From positions 1-35,505 of the forward strand of contig DASQJS010000155.1 in the NCBI GenBank assembly GCA_035630995.1: a stretch of DNA of 35,505 bases, written 5' to 3'. A program made the position numbers and the translations under genes. Source of the stretch: Steroidobacteraceae bacterium (GTDB lineage Bacteria > Pseudomonadota > Gammaproteobacteria > Steroidobacterales > Steroidobacteraceae). Under the pieces are notes generated by a model. That model saw only the letters and a list, made by a program, of their open reading frames with translations, was not told the DNA's origin and ran no database searches. This document shows, piece after piece, positions 8,426 to 16,352 of this stretch (positions within the stretch are counted from its first letter, which is position 1; the number at the start of each line of letters is the position of its first letter).

Positions 8426-9730
8426 TCAGGATTCCTCGATGAGGTCCCGCAGCGTCATTTCCCCGCAGCTCTTGCGCCAGGCGTCGTCCATCGTCTTGCT
8501 GATGGCGTCCACCGCCGGAATCTTGAGATTGCGCCAGCCGACCTGGCCGGCCTTCTCGTTGCGCGCGATGTCGACGATTTCCTGAATCGAGATCTGGCCG
8601 AGATCGCGCGCCGGCAGCAGCTTCTCGTCGTCGGTCATGGTGAGCAAATGCGCATCTTCGAGCCCGTGCACGATGCGCGAGATGGCGATGCCGGGCATGG
8701 CAAGCTCGTGCGCTAGGGTGTCGACCGACCAGCGCGTCTTGCCATCGTGATACGCCCTGGCGATGAGGAACATCATCTTGAGCGTGAGCTGCTCGCGTTG
8801 AACGGCCGACATGCGCAACTCCGTGAGCCCCATGCGCAGGTAGTTGCGGTTCTGCACGTAGAAGGACAACTGCGCGCCGATCAGCAGGATCAGCCAGCCG
8901 AAATAGGTCCACAGCAGCGCGGCCACGATGATGGCAAAGCCCGCGTACACCACCGTGAGGCGCGTGGAATACACCACGAGGGCGGTGAACACATTGCCCA
9001 CGGCCGCCCAGAGAATGCCGGCGGTGAGGCCGCCGATGAGCGCCGGCTTCCACTTCACCCTGGTGTTGGGCACGAACATGTACACCGCGGTGAAAATGGC
9101 CGCGACCATGAAGTAGGGCGAGATCCATTTGCTGAACTGCACCACCCGCTCGAGAAACGGCATGTAGCGGCCGATTCCCACCGACGCACTCTCGAGCGCG
9201 TTGTGCGACAGGCCGAGGAAGCTGACCACCACGATCGGGCCGACGATGAGCAACGCGACGTATTCGGTGACGCGCCGCGTGAAGCTGCGGGCGTGCTCGA
9301 CGCGCCACAGGAAATTGAAGCCGTCTTCGACTTTCTTGATGGTGCCCAGCAGGGTCCACAGCAGCAACGCGAGACCCACGGAGCCGACGAGCCCGGTGCT
9401 GACGCTGTCGGCGAATTCCATGACCTTCGCCGTGAATTCCGCGGCGCTCGAACCCATGGGCTTGAAGAACTCGAGGATGACGGGTTGCAGCTCGCGATGG
9501 GCGCCGAAGGCCTTGAGCACCGCGAACGCAAAGGCGATGAGCGGCACCAGCGACAGCAGCGTGGCGTACACCAGGCCCATGGCGTACAGGTTGATCTGCC
9601 CGCGCGAGAGATCGCGCAACAATGCATAGGGGTAGCGGAGCAACCGCAGCGCCAGCGCGCCCGGGGTCTTCCCTTCGGAGAACTCGCCGAAGAGACATTT
9701 GTCGAGCCAGTTCCAGAAGGCGACTATCAT
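8426..9730 (-). CDS. YihY/BrkB-family inner-membrane protein with an approximately 130-aa C-terminal cytoplasmic extension
   Basis: LLRYPYALLRDLSRGQINLYAMGLVYATLLSLVPLIAF and multiple TM segments are typical of YihY. The tail (KMMFLIARAYHDGKTRWSVDTLAHELAMPGIAISRIVHGLEDAHLL) looks like a winged-helix module. Confidence 0.85.
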   Translation of the reverse strand: MIVAFWNWLDKCLFGEFSEGKTPGALALRLLRYPYALLRDLSRGQINLYAMGLVYATLLSLVPLIAFAFAVLKAFGAHRELQPVILEFFKPMGSSAAEFTAKVMEFADSVSTGLVGSVGLALLLWTLLGTIKKVEDGFNFLWRVEHARSFTRRVTEYVALLIVGPIVVVSFLGLSHNALESASVGIGRYMPFLERVVQFSKWISPYFMVAAIFTAVYMFVPNTRVKWKPALIGGLTAGILWAAVGNVFTALVVYSTRLTVVYAGFAIIVAALLWTYFGWLILLIGAQLSFYVQNRNYLRMGLTELRMSAVQREQLTLKMMFLIARAYHDGKTRWSVDTLAHELAMPGIAISRIVHGLEDAHLLTMTDDEKLLPARDLGQISIQEIVDIARNEKAGQVGWRNLKIPAVDAISKTMDDAWRKSCGEMTLRDLIEES

Positions 9731-9785
9731 TTTCTTGCCGCAGAATAAGTGGCCCGCAGCCCTAAGTCACGATTAGATTGGTCCC

Positions 9786-10622
9786 ATGGGCAGCACCTAT
9801 CCGACACGCATCGTGTGTCTAACCGAAGAGACGACTGAAACGCTCTACCTGCTCGGCGAGGAAGCGCGCATCGTCGGAATCTCCGGTTTCACCGTGCGAC
9901 CGCCGCGCGCGCGGCGTGAGAAACCGCGCGTGTCCGCATTCACGAGCGCAAAGATCGACAGGATCGTCGAACTGAAGCCCGACCTGGTGCTGGGTTTTTC
10001 CGACCTGCAGGCGGATATCGCCGCGGAGCTGATCCGGCTCGGCATCGAAGTGCACGTGTTCAATCAGCGCAGCGTGGCGGAGATCCTGCGCATGATCGGC
10101 ATGCTGGGCGGAATGGTGGGTTGTGAGGCGAAGGCACGGACGCTCATCGAAGAACTTGAAGCGGGCATCGAAGCCGTGCGCGCGAGCGCGGCGAAGTTTG
10201 CGCGCCGGCCGCGCGTCTACTTCGAGGAATGGGACGAGCCGCAGATCTCCGGCATCGCCTGGGTGTCGGAGCTGGTTGGCATCGCCGGCGGCGACGACGT
10301 GTTTCCGGAGCTGGCGCGGGAGTCGCTTGGAAAGAATCGCATCATCGCCGACCCCCTCGAAGTGCCGCGGCGGGCACCGGAGGTGATCTTCGGTTCCTGG
10401 TGCGGCAAGAAATTCCAGCCCGCATCCGTGGCTGAGCGTGCCGGCTGGAGCGACGTTCCCGCGGTGCGAGACGGGCATCTCTACGAGGTCAAATCCTCGA
10501 TCATTCTGCAGCCAGGACCCGCGGCGCTGACCGACGGCCTCGCCGAGCTGCATCGGCGACTAGCTAGCTGGAACGGTGGAGCGGTGCCGGGCCGGGAAAC
10601 CGGGAAAACTCCAATCAATTAG
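9786..10622 (+). CDS. TroA/BtuF-like periplasmic-binding-protein-fold protein (cobalamin/Fe-siderophore binding family), no signal peptide
   Basis: RIVCLTEETTETLYLLGEEARIVGIS ... ELKPDLVLGF ... YFEEWDEP is the class III binding-protein pattern. The N-terminus MGSTYPTRIV has no hydrophobic leader. The last ~13 codons and the stop lie inside the repeat element. Confidence 0.78.
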   Translation: MGSTYPTRIVCLTEETTETLYLLGEEARIVGISGFTVRPPRARREKPRVSAFTSAKIDRIVELKPDLVLGFSDLQADIAAELIRLGIEVHVFNQRSVAEILRMIGMLGGMVGCEAKARTLIEELEAGIEAVRASAAKFARRPRVYFEEWDEPQISGIAWVSELVGIAGGDDVFPELARESLGKNRIIADPLEVPRRAPEVIFGSWCGKKFQPASVAERAGWSDVPAVRDGHLYEVKSSIILQPGPAALTDGLAELHRRLASWNGGAVPGRETGKTPIN

Positions 10623-10662
10623 TCTTGCGCCGGGAGTTTTCCCGGTTTCCCGGCCCGGCACC
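10583..10662. repeat. REP/MITE-like element, perfect 30-bp inverted repeat with a 20-nt loop
   Basis: GGTGCCGGGCCGGGAAACCGGGAAAACTCC (10583-10612) is the exact reverse complement of 10633-10662. It lies between convergent genes and overlaps the 3' end of the binding-protein CDS. Confidence 0.85.
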
Positions 10663-10664
10663 GG

Positions 10665-11576
10665 TCAACCGGTTAACCGCGTCAGGGCTTCGAGATACTT
10701 CGCGCGCGTGCCGGCGATGACTTCCGGAGGCAGCTTCGGTCCCGGCGCCGTCTTGTTCCAGTCGAGCGTCTCGAGATAGTCGCGCACGAACTGCTTGTCG
10801 AACGACGGCGGGCTGGTGCCCTCGCGCCAGGTGTCGGCGGGCCAGAAACGCGAGGAATCGGGCGTGAGCACTTCGTCGATGAGCACCAGGGAGCCGTCGG
10901 ATCCCTGCGCAAACTCGAACTTGGTGTCGGCGATGATGATGCCGCGCTCGAGCGCGTATTTCGCCGCGAACTCATAAATGGCGATGGCCGTATCGCGTAC
11001 GCGCGCGGCAATGTCCTTGCCCACGAGGTCCGCGGCCTGCCCGAAGCTGATGGTTTCGTCCTTGTCGCCGATGGCCGCCTTGGTCGAGGGCGTGAACAGC
11101 GTCTGCGGCAAACGCCCTGCTTGTTTCAAGCCGGCGGGTAGTTTGATGCCGGAGATCGCGCCGGACTTCTGGTAGTCCTTCCAGCCCGAGCCAATCAGGT
11201 AGCCGCGCACCACGGCCTCGAGCGGCACGGTCTTCAGGCGTTTGACGATGACGGCGCGGTCGGCGAGCAGGGCCAGCTCATCAGGATCGCTGATGACCTC
11301 GGACAAGGCGCGTCCGGTCAGGTGGTTCGGCACGATATGTTTCGTGCGGTCGAACCAGAAATTCGAAATGGAATTGAGGACACGACCCTTGTCGGGAATG
11401 GGATCGGGCAGCACCACATCGAAGGCCGACAGCCGATCGGTGGTCACGATGAGCATGGAATGCGCGTCTATTTCATAGATGTCGCGCACTTTTCCGGTGT
11501 GAATCTTGCGGAGCCCGCGAAGTGCGGTCGTATGGACGGGCGGGGCGGCGGTTTTGGCTGGTAGCATAGTTGGCAT
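10665..11576 (-). CDS. purC: phosphoribosylaminoimidazole-succinocarboxamide (SAICAR) synthase, long form
   Basis: [29 protein letters not shown]...[14 protein letters not shown]...[10 protein letters not shown]...[14 protein letters not shown]. The 592-aa track ORF is an artefact: its N-terminal 289 aa are antisense to djlA. ATG at 11576 (MPTMLPAKT) gives 303 aa. Confidence 0.9.
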   Translation of the reverse strand: MPTMLPAKTAAPPVHTTALRGLRKIHTGKVRDIYEIDAHSMLIVTTDRLSAFDVVLPDPIPDKGRVLNSISNFWFDRTKHIVPNHLTGRALSEVISDPDELALLADRAVIVKRLKTVPLEAVVRGYLIGSGWKDYQKSGAISGIKLPAGLKQAGRLPQTLFTPSTKAAIGDKDETISFGQAADLVGKDIAARVRDTAIAIYEFAAKYALERGIIIADTKFEFAQGSDGSLVLIDEVLTPDSSRFWPADTWREGTSPPSFDKQFVRDYLETLDWNKTAPGPKLPPEVIAGTRAKYLEALTRLTG

Positions 11577-11597
11577 GAATCTTATCAAGCGGCCCCG

Positions 11598-12425
11598 ATG
11601 AGCATCACCGGAAAAGTCGTCGGCGTCATCGTCGGTCTGTTGATCTTCCGGAGTCCCTGGGGCGCCATCATCGGCCTCATCCTCGGCCACTTCTACGACC
11701 AGAGCGTCGTGACCGTGCGCCGCACGGGCGGTGGCGCCGGCGTACTCGAAATCGGCGAGCGCTTCTTCACGGCCACATTCGAAGTCATGGGGCACGTGGC
11801 CAAGGCCGATGGGCGCGTCTCGGAGGCGGAGATTGCCGCCGCGCGCAAGGTGATGGCAGAGCTGCGCCTCAACGGCGTGCAGATACATGCGGCCATTGCG
11901 CACTTCACACGCGGCAAGAGCCGGGATTTCGACCTGCAAACCACCATGCAGGAGTTCACCGAAGCCTGCGCGAATCGGCCGGACCTGGTGCGCGTATTCC
12001 TCGAGGTGCAGGTTCGCGCAGCGCTGGAAGGCGTGGATATGAAAGGCCCGGCGGCCCTCGCGATACAGAAGGTGGCGGACCTGCTCGATGTGTCGCGCAT
12101 CGAGCTCGCGCACATGGAGGCCGTATTGCGTCTCCGACGCGAGCAGTTCAAGGCGGGTGAGGGCAACGGCAATCGTGGCGGTTCCGCCGGGCAGGCCCAG
12201 CCGCGCAGCGGCGCGCAGATCAGCGCTGCCTACCAAATTCTCGAGGTGGACCCGAAGGCAACGGACGAGGAGGTCGCCAAGGCCTATCGTCGCCAGCTCT
12301 CCAAACATCATCCGGACAAACTCAAGGCCAACGGCCTGCCCGACTCCATGCTCGAACACGCCAAACAACGTACGCAGCAGATCATCGAGGCGTACGAGCT
12401 CATCAAGTCCGTGCGGGGCGCGTAA
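11598..12425 (+). CDS. djlA: DnaJ-like co-chaperone DjlA (N-terminal TM, TerB-like domain, C-terminal J domain)
   Basis: N-terminal hydrophobic segment, TerB-like [22 protein letters not shown], and a J domain with the HPD motif ([13 protein letters not shown]). Confidence 0.85.
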   Translation: MSITGKVVGVIVGLLIFRSPWGAIIGLILGHFYDQSVVTVRRTGGGAGVLEIGERFFTATFEVMGHVAKADGRVSEAEIAAARKVMAELRLNGVQIHAAIAHFTRGKSRDFDLQTTMQEFTEACANRPDLVRVFLEVQVRAALEGVDMKGPAALAIQKVADLLDVSRIELAHMEAVLRLRREQFKAGEGNGNRGGSAGQAQPRSGAQISAAYQILEVDPKATDEEVAKAYRRQLSKHHPDKLKANGLPDSMLEHAKQRTQQIIEAYELIKSVRGA

Positions 12426-12430
12426 ACTCC

Positions 12431-13117
12431 ATGGCCATGTCATCCAAGCACGCGCCCTGGATCGCGCCTTCCATCCTCTCCGCGGATTTCGCGCGTCTCG
12501 GCGACGAAGTGAACGCAGTGCTCGCCGCCGGTGCCGACGTCATCCACTTCGACGTGATGGACAATCACTACGTGCCCAACCTCACCATCGGTCCGCTGGT
12601 GTGCGAGGGGCTGCGCAAGCACGGCATCACGGCGCCGCTCGACGTGCACCTGATGGTCAAGCCCGTCGATCGCATCATCCCGGACTTCGCGAAGGCCGGG
12701 GCCACCTACATTTCGTTCCATCCCGAAGCCAGCGAACACGTGGATCGGACCATCGAGCTGATCCGTGAAAATGGCTGCAAGCCGGGCCTGGTGCTGAATC
12801 CGGCGACCCCGCTTTCTTGCCTCGATCACACGCTCAAGAAGCTGGATCTCGTGCTGCTGATGTCGGTGAATCCCGGCTTCGGCGGGCAGAAGTTCATCGG
12901 CAGCGTGCTCGACAAGGTGCGCAGTGTGCGCAAACTCATCGACGCCAGCGGGCGGGACATCCGCCTGGAAATCGACGGTGGCGTGAAGGTGGACAACATC
13001 GCCGAGATCGCACGCGCCGGCGCCGACATGTTCGTGGCGGGTTCGGCCATCTTCGGCGCGAAAGACTACAAGGCCACGATCAGCGCGATGCGCGACCAGA
13101 TCGCGACGGCGAAGTAA
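12431..13117 (+). CDS. rpe: ribulose-phosphate 3-epimerase
   Basis: [17 protein letters not shown]...[18 protein letters not shown]...DVHLMV...[15 protein letters not shown]...EIDGGV is a near-canonical Rpe. Confidence 0.95.
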   Translation: MAMSSKHAPWIAPSILSADFARLGDEVNAVLAAGADVIHFDVMDNHYVPNLTIGPLVCEGLRKHGITAPLDVHLMVKPVDRIIPDFAKAGATYISFHPEASEHVDRTIELIRENGCKPGLVLNPATPLSCLDHTLKKLDLVLLMSVNPGFGGQKFIGSVLDKVRSVRKLIDASGRDIRLEIDGGVKVDNIAEIARAGADMFVAGSAIFGAKDYKATISAMRDQIATAK

Positions 13118-13150
13118 CGCGGCCCGGCGCGACGGCGCTCCGTTTCCCGT

Positions 13151-14065
13151 CTACTCGGAATAGGCTGCGCGGATCGCGCCCGCAAGCCGGTTCTTGTCCG
13201 GGTACTGCCTGGACATTTCATCCGTGATGATCTGAACCGCTTCGTCCTGCGTCTTGCCGGCCTTCTTCAGCTCCGCGGCGCGATCGCGGATGTGGGTGAG
13301 GTACCCACGGTAGCCGCCGATGATGGACGTATCGCCGAAAGACCCGTGGCTGGGCACGAGTTGTTTGGGCTTGAGCGCCTCGAGTCGGTCGAGGCTTTCC
13401 AGCCAGTGGCTGATCTTCGCGGTCGGATTCGCGAACGACGGTTGCGGGCGCATGGCCACATCGCCCGAGAACAACACGCCGTCGACGAGGATGACGGTGT
13501 CGCCGTGCGTGTGATTGGTGCCCATGGCGTAGATCTTTGCCGAGACTCCGCCGAGATTCAGCGTGTAGTCCCGATCGAACACGATGTCGGCTTCGCGATG
13601 TTTCGCGCCCTCGAGCAGCTCGACGTTGAGCGCCGAGCGCTGCGCGAATACCGGCACCAGGTTCATGCCCGCGCCAGCGGCGATGTCCTCGATCTGGTCT
13701 TTCGAGCGAATCAGCTTCGAGTCCCTGGGGAAGGCGTGCGCGCCCATGTCATGCTCGGGGTGCACATGCGTGGTGACGAGGTAGATAGGCTTGCCTGCGC
13801 CCACCTTGGCGACTTCGCGCAACACGGTTTCCGCGTTGCGCGTCCCCATGCCGGTATCGATGACCAACACGGCCTTCTTGCCAACGACGATGCCGACGTT
13901 CGGGACGAGAGAGGCGCCCCCATCAGGTATGGCCCATACGTAGCGTGTGAGCTTCTCGGTGACGCCTTCGCGCACCAGCGAGGGCTGGGGTGCGGGTTGC
14001 TGGGCGAGGGCCGGAGTCCCGACCAGTGCCGCCATCAATGCGAACCGTAGCGCTGCTTTTCGCAT
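13151..14065 (-). CDS. secreted MBL-fold metallo-hydrolase
   Basis: Signal peptide MRKAALRFALMAALVGTPALAQQ, metal motif TTHVHPEHDMG, later HTHGDT and PSHG. ATG at 14065 is preceded by GGAGA 7 nt upstream. The track start at 14095 is less likely. Confidence 0.85.
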   Translation of the reverse strand: MRKAALRFALMAALVGTPALAQQPAPQPSLVREGVTEKLTRYVWAIPDGGASLVPNVGIVVGKKAVLVIDTGMGTRNAETVLREVAKVGAGKPIYLVTTHVHPEHDMGAHAFPRDSKLIRSKDQIEDIAAGAGMNLVPVFAQRSALNVELLEGAKHREADIVFDRDYTLNLGGVSAKIYAMGTNHTHGDTVILVDGVLFSGDVAMRPQPSFANPTAKISHWLESLDRLEALKPKQLVPSHGSFGDTSIIGGYRGYLTHIRDRAAELKKAGKTQDEAVQIITDEMSRQYPDKNRLAGAIRAAYSE

Positions 14066-14073
14066 GAATGGTC

Positions 14074-14137
14074 TCCAGGCGCTTGCGCGCCACAACGGAA
14101 AACTATTTCCAGGCGCTCACGCGCCACAACGGAAAAC
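14074..14137. repeat. tandem duplication, two 30-bp units with a 34-bp period
   Basis: TCCAGGCGCTTGCGCGCCACAACGGAAAAC (14074-14103) and TCCAGGCGCTCACGCGCCACAACGGAAAAC (14108-14137) differ at 2 positions. The proximal copy overlaps the MBL ribosome-binding site. Confidence 0.8.
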
Positions 14138-14155
14138 GCCGGCCAGGGGCCGGCG
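14131..14155 (-). terminator. rho-independent terminator of the crp-like gene
   Basis: On the minus strand, CGCCGGCC-CCT-GGCCGGCG is followed by TTTTCC, 35 nt after the stop codon. Confidence 0.6.
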
Positions 14156-14189
14156 TCCGTCAAGCGGAAGAGGCAGGGCCTCTGGCGTT

Positions 14190-14939
14190 CTATTCGTCGT
14201 CGTCGTCGTCTTCATCGTCGTCGTCCTCGACGCGCGTGCTGCGCACTGCGCCGCCCTTGCCGCCCTGCACGGGTACGACGACCGGGCGCGTCTTCATCTT
14301 CGGACGCGCATTGAATACGACGATGGTCTTGCCGGTGGCGCGAAGCAGGCCCTGATCTTCCAGAACCTTGAGTACGCGGCCCGCCATTTCGCGCGAGCAA
14401 CCGACCAGGCGCGAGAGCTCCTGGCGGCTCACCTTGATCTGCATGCCCTCGGGATGCGTCATGGCATCGGGTTCGCCGCACAGATCCATGATGGCGTGAG
14501 CCACACGGCCGGTGACGTCGACGAAGGCCAGGTCGGACAGTTTGCGGTTGGTGCGATCGAGCCGGGTCGCCAGCTGCGTGGCGAGCTCGAACACCAGGCC
14601 GGGACTTTCCGCCGCAATCTGGCGAAAGCGCGGGTAGGTCATTTCCGCGAGCTCGCAGTGGTTGCGCGTACGCACCCAGGCGCTGCGCAACGGCGATTCG
14701 TGGAACAGACCCATCTCACCAAAGAACTGACCTTTGTTGAGATAGGCGAGGACCATTTCGTTGCCTTCCTCGTCTTCCACCATCACTTCGACCGAGCCGC
14801 TGATGATGTAGTAGAGGACGTCGGGCAGGTCGCCCGCGTGGATCACGACCGTTTTTGACGGAACTGTGCGAATGCGGCAGTAACTCAAAAATCGGTTGAT
14901 TGCCGGAATGTCACTGAGGGGTTTTACCGCCTCTTCCAT
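14190..14939 (-). CDS. crp: CRP/Vfr/Clp-type cyclic-nucleotide receptor transcription factor with a ~37-aa charged C-terminal tail
   Basis: Collinear with E. coli CRP as I recall it: FLSYCRIRTVPSKTVVIHAGD...LYYIISGSVEVMVEDEEGNEMVLAYLNKGQFFGEMGLF...RSAWVRT...DVTGRVAHAIMDL...PDAMTHPEGMQIKVSRQELSRLVGCSREMAGRVLKVLEDQGLL...GKTIVVF. ATG at 14939 has GGGAGA 5 nt upstream. Confidence 0.9.
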   Translation of the reverse strand: MEEAVKPLSDIPAINRFLSYCRIRTVPSKTVVIHAGDLPDVLYYIISGSVEVMVEDEEGNEMVLAYLNKGQFFGEMGLFHESPLRSAWVRTRNHCELAEMTYPRFRQIAAESPGLVFELATQLATRLDRTNRKLSDLAFVDVTGRVAHAIMDLCGEPDAMTHPEGMQIKVSRQELSRLVGCSREMAGRVLKVLEDQGLLRATGKTIVVFNARPKMKTRPVVVPVQGGKGGAVRSTRVEDDDDEDDDDDE

Positions 14940-14980
14940 CTGAATCTCCCTTGCTGCTTGCATATATCGCCCTGCCTGCG

Positions 14981-15007
14981 CATTAAGTCTTATTACATAA
15001 CTTAATG
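14981..15007. promoter_or_regulatory. AT-rich inverted repeat CATTAAGT-N11-ACTTAATG in the crp-like upstream region
   Basis: 8-bp perfect arms in the most AT-rich patch of this neighbourhood, 42-68 nt upstream of the crp-like ATG. Confidence 0.3.
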
Positions 15008-15036
15008 CCAAGTCAGGCAAAAGAACACGGACCAAC

Positions 15037-15052
15037 AGTGACCCGTGTCACA
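15037..15052. promoter_or_regulatory. candidate CRP-type binding site aGTGA-CCCGTG-TCACa
   Basis: Matches both half-sites of the TGTGA-N6-TCACA consensus, about 100 nt upstream of the crp-like start. Confidence 0.45.
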
Positions 15053-15072
15053 GGCGCCCCATCAAAGCCCAA

Positions 15073-15741
15073 TCAAAGACGATACGAAGTATGCGTCATG
15101 ATCCGGGCCGTTCGCCGCATCAATTCGCGTACCGGGCCCGGTAAGGTCGCGGCCCCGGCACTTTGCGCCTGCTGGCCGTGCCCGACCTCGTCATGGCACA
15201 TGGCCTCGACGATAGCCCGGCTGCGCAGGTCTTCGGCCGGCAATCGCTCGAGATGACTCTTTAAATGGCCTTCCACCTGGCGCTCGGTTTCGGCCACGAA
15301 CCCCAGGCTGGCTCGGTCTCCGAGCAGGGCGGCAAGCGCGCCAATGCCGAAGGATCCCGCATACCACAGGGGGTTGAGCACGCTAGGGCGGCCGCCCAGC
15401 TCCTTGAGCCGGGTTTCGCACCAGGCGAGATGATCGGTTTCCTCGCGGGCCGCGTGGAGCATGAATTCCCGGATTTCCGGGTCACGCGCGAACAGGGCCT
15501 GGGCGTGATACAGCGCCTGCGCGGCCATCTCCCCGGCGTGGTTGACCCGCATCAGGGCGGCAGATTCGCGTTTATCCTCGGCCGAAAGGGCGGAATCCGC
15601 CTTCTGGGCATCTCTTCCCGTTACCGGGGTGGCGCCTGGGGTGGCCGAAGGGGGTACGGGCCGGCCACCGGCGGGGGGCGCAAGCAGGGCCCGCAGGGCG
15701 CGATCCGCCGCGGATAACAAGGAGTCCAGTTGGGGCGCCAT
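15073..15741 (-). CDS. coq7: demethoxyubiquinone hydroxylase (di-iron Coq7 family)
   Basis: [39 protein letters not shown] and DEVGH are the di-iron carboxylate ligand motifs. Start placed at ATG 15741 (MAPQLDSLL). Confidence 0.88.
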   Translation of the reverse strand: MAPQLDSLLSAADRALRALLAPPAGGRPVPPSATPGATPVTGRDAQKADSALSAEDKRESAALMRVNHAGEMAAQALYHAQALFARDPEIREFMLHAAREETDHLAWCETRLKELGGRPSVLNPLWYAGSFGIGALAALLGDRASLGFVAETERQVEGHLKSHLERLPAEDLRSRAIVEAMCHDEVGHGQQAQSAGAATLPGPVRELMRRTARIMTHTSYRL

Positions 15742-15776
15742 GGGGCGGAAGTATAGGGAGTTTTCCAAAGCCTGTT

Positions 15777-15805
15777 TTGCAAAGGCTAGGGGCGTTGAGT
15801 ACACT
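15777..15805 (+). promoter_or_regulatory. sigma-70-type promoter for rplM-rpsI
   Basis: TTGCAA, a 17-nt spacer, then TACACT. This would give a leader of about 100 nt. Confidence 0.5.
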
Positions 15806-15911
15806 CTGCGCCCTTTTTCCAGGGGCCCAAACAGATCAGATCGTTAGCTGAATCTTCAGCTGCTTTCTGGGTGCGAGGTGTGGGCTCTTTCCGGTGGTTG
15901 GAGTTTTAGTG

Positions 15912-16340
15912 ATGACTACTGTTTTTGCGAAATCCGAGTCTGTGCGCGCTGACTGGTACGTGGTGGATGCCGCGGACAAGGTCCTCGGCCGCCTCGCGAC
16001 CCAGATCGCCATGCGCCTCAAGGGCAAGCACAAGGCCATCTTCAGCCCGCACGTGGACATGGGCGATCACATCGTCGTGTTGAATGCGGAGAAGATCAAA
16101 GTCACGGGCAACAAGCTCGAAGACAAGAAGTACTACCACCACACTGGCGCCATCGGCGGCATCAAGGAAATCGCTCTCGGCAAGCTGCTCAAGGAGCATC
16201 CCGAGCGCGCCATCGAATTCGCCGTGAAGGGCATGCTCCCCAAGGGCCCGCTCGGTCGCAAGATGTACAAGAAGCTGCATGTGTTCGCGGGCGACAAGCA
16301 CCCGCACGCCGCCCAGCAGCCGAAGCAGCTCGAAATTTAA
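15912..16340 (+). CDS. rplM: 50S ribosomal protein L13
   Basis: [44 protein letters not shown] at 15912 gives 142 aa, the normal L13 length. Confidence 0.95.
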   Translation: MTTVFAKSESVRADWYVVDAADKVLGRLATQIAMRLKGKHKAIFSPHVDMGDHIVVLNAEKIKVTGNKLEDKKYYHHTGAIGGIKEIALGKLLKEHPERAIEFAVKGMLPKGPLGRKMYKKLHVFAGDKHPHAAQQPKQLEI

Positions 16341-16352
16341 GGAACTGAAAGA

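Noticed and set aside
8413-8430. Tandem GGCACCGTCAG x2 next to the REP-like element
   Set aside because: Only two 11-bp units that overlap the yihY stop codon. This is too short to interpret independently and is probably part of the degenerate element boundary.
7653-9698. 681-aa ORF on the minus strand, the second-longest in the track
   Set aside because: The translation is Arg/Ala/Gly/His-rich and low in complexity, with no recognisable motifs. It overlaps the MetE-like gene (antisense) and the YihY gene (same strand, other frame), both of which have clear family signatures. This is a typical GC-rich shadow ORF.
9731-9785. Possible cobalamin riboswitch upstream of the BtuF-like gene
   Set aside because: The spacer is only 55 nt, far too short for a cobalamin riboswitch, and I could find no B12-box-like sequence.
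11577-12443. N-terminal 289 aa of the 592-aa ORF containing purC
   Set aside because: PurC homology starts at the internal Met (MPTMLPAKT). The extension is antisense to djlA, which has a TM segment, a TerB-like domain and a J domain with HPD. The long ORF exists only because no stop codon happens to occur.
14193-14230. GTC/GTC triplet run considered as a non-coding microsatellite or array
   Set aside because: It is in frame within the crp-like ORF and encodes the poly-Asp/Glu tail. It is reported as a coding feature instead. It is not CRISPR-like, because it has no spacers and no unit of 24 bp or more.
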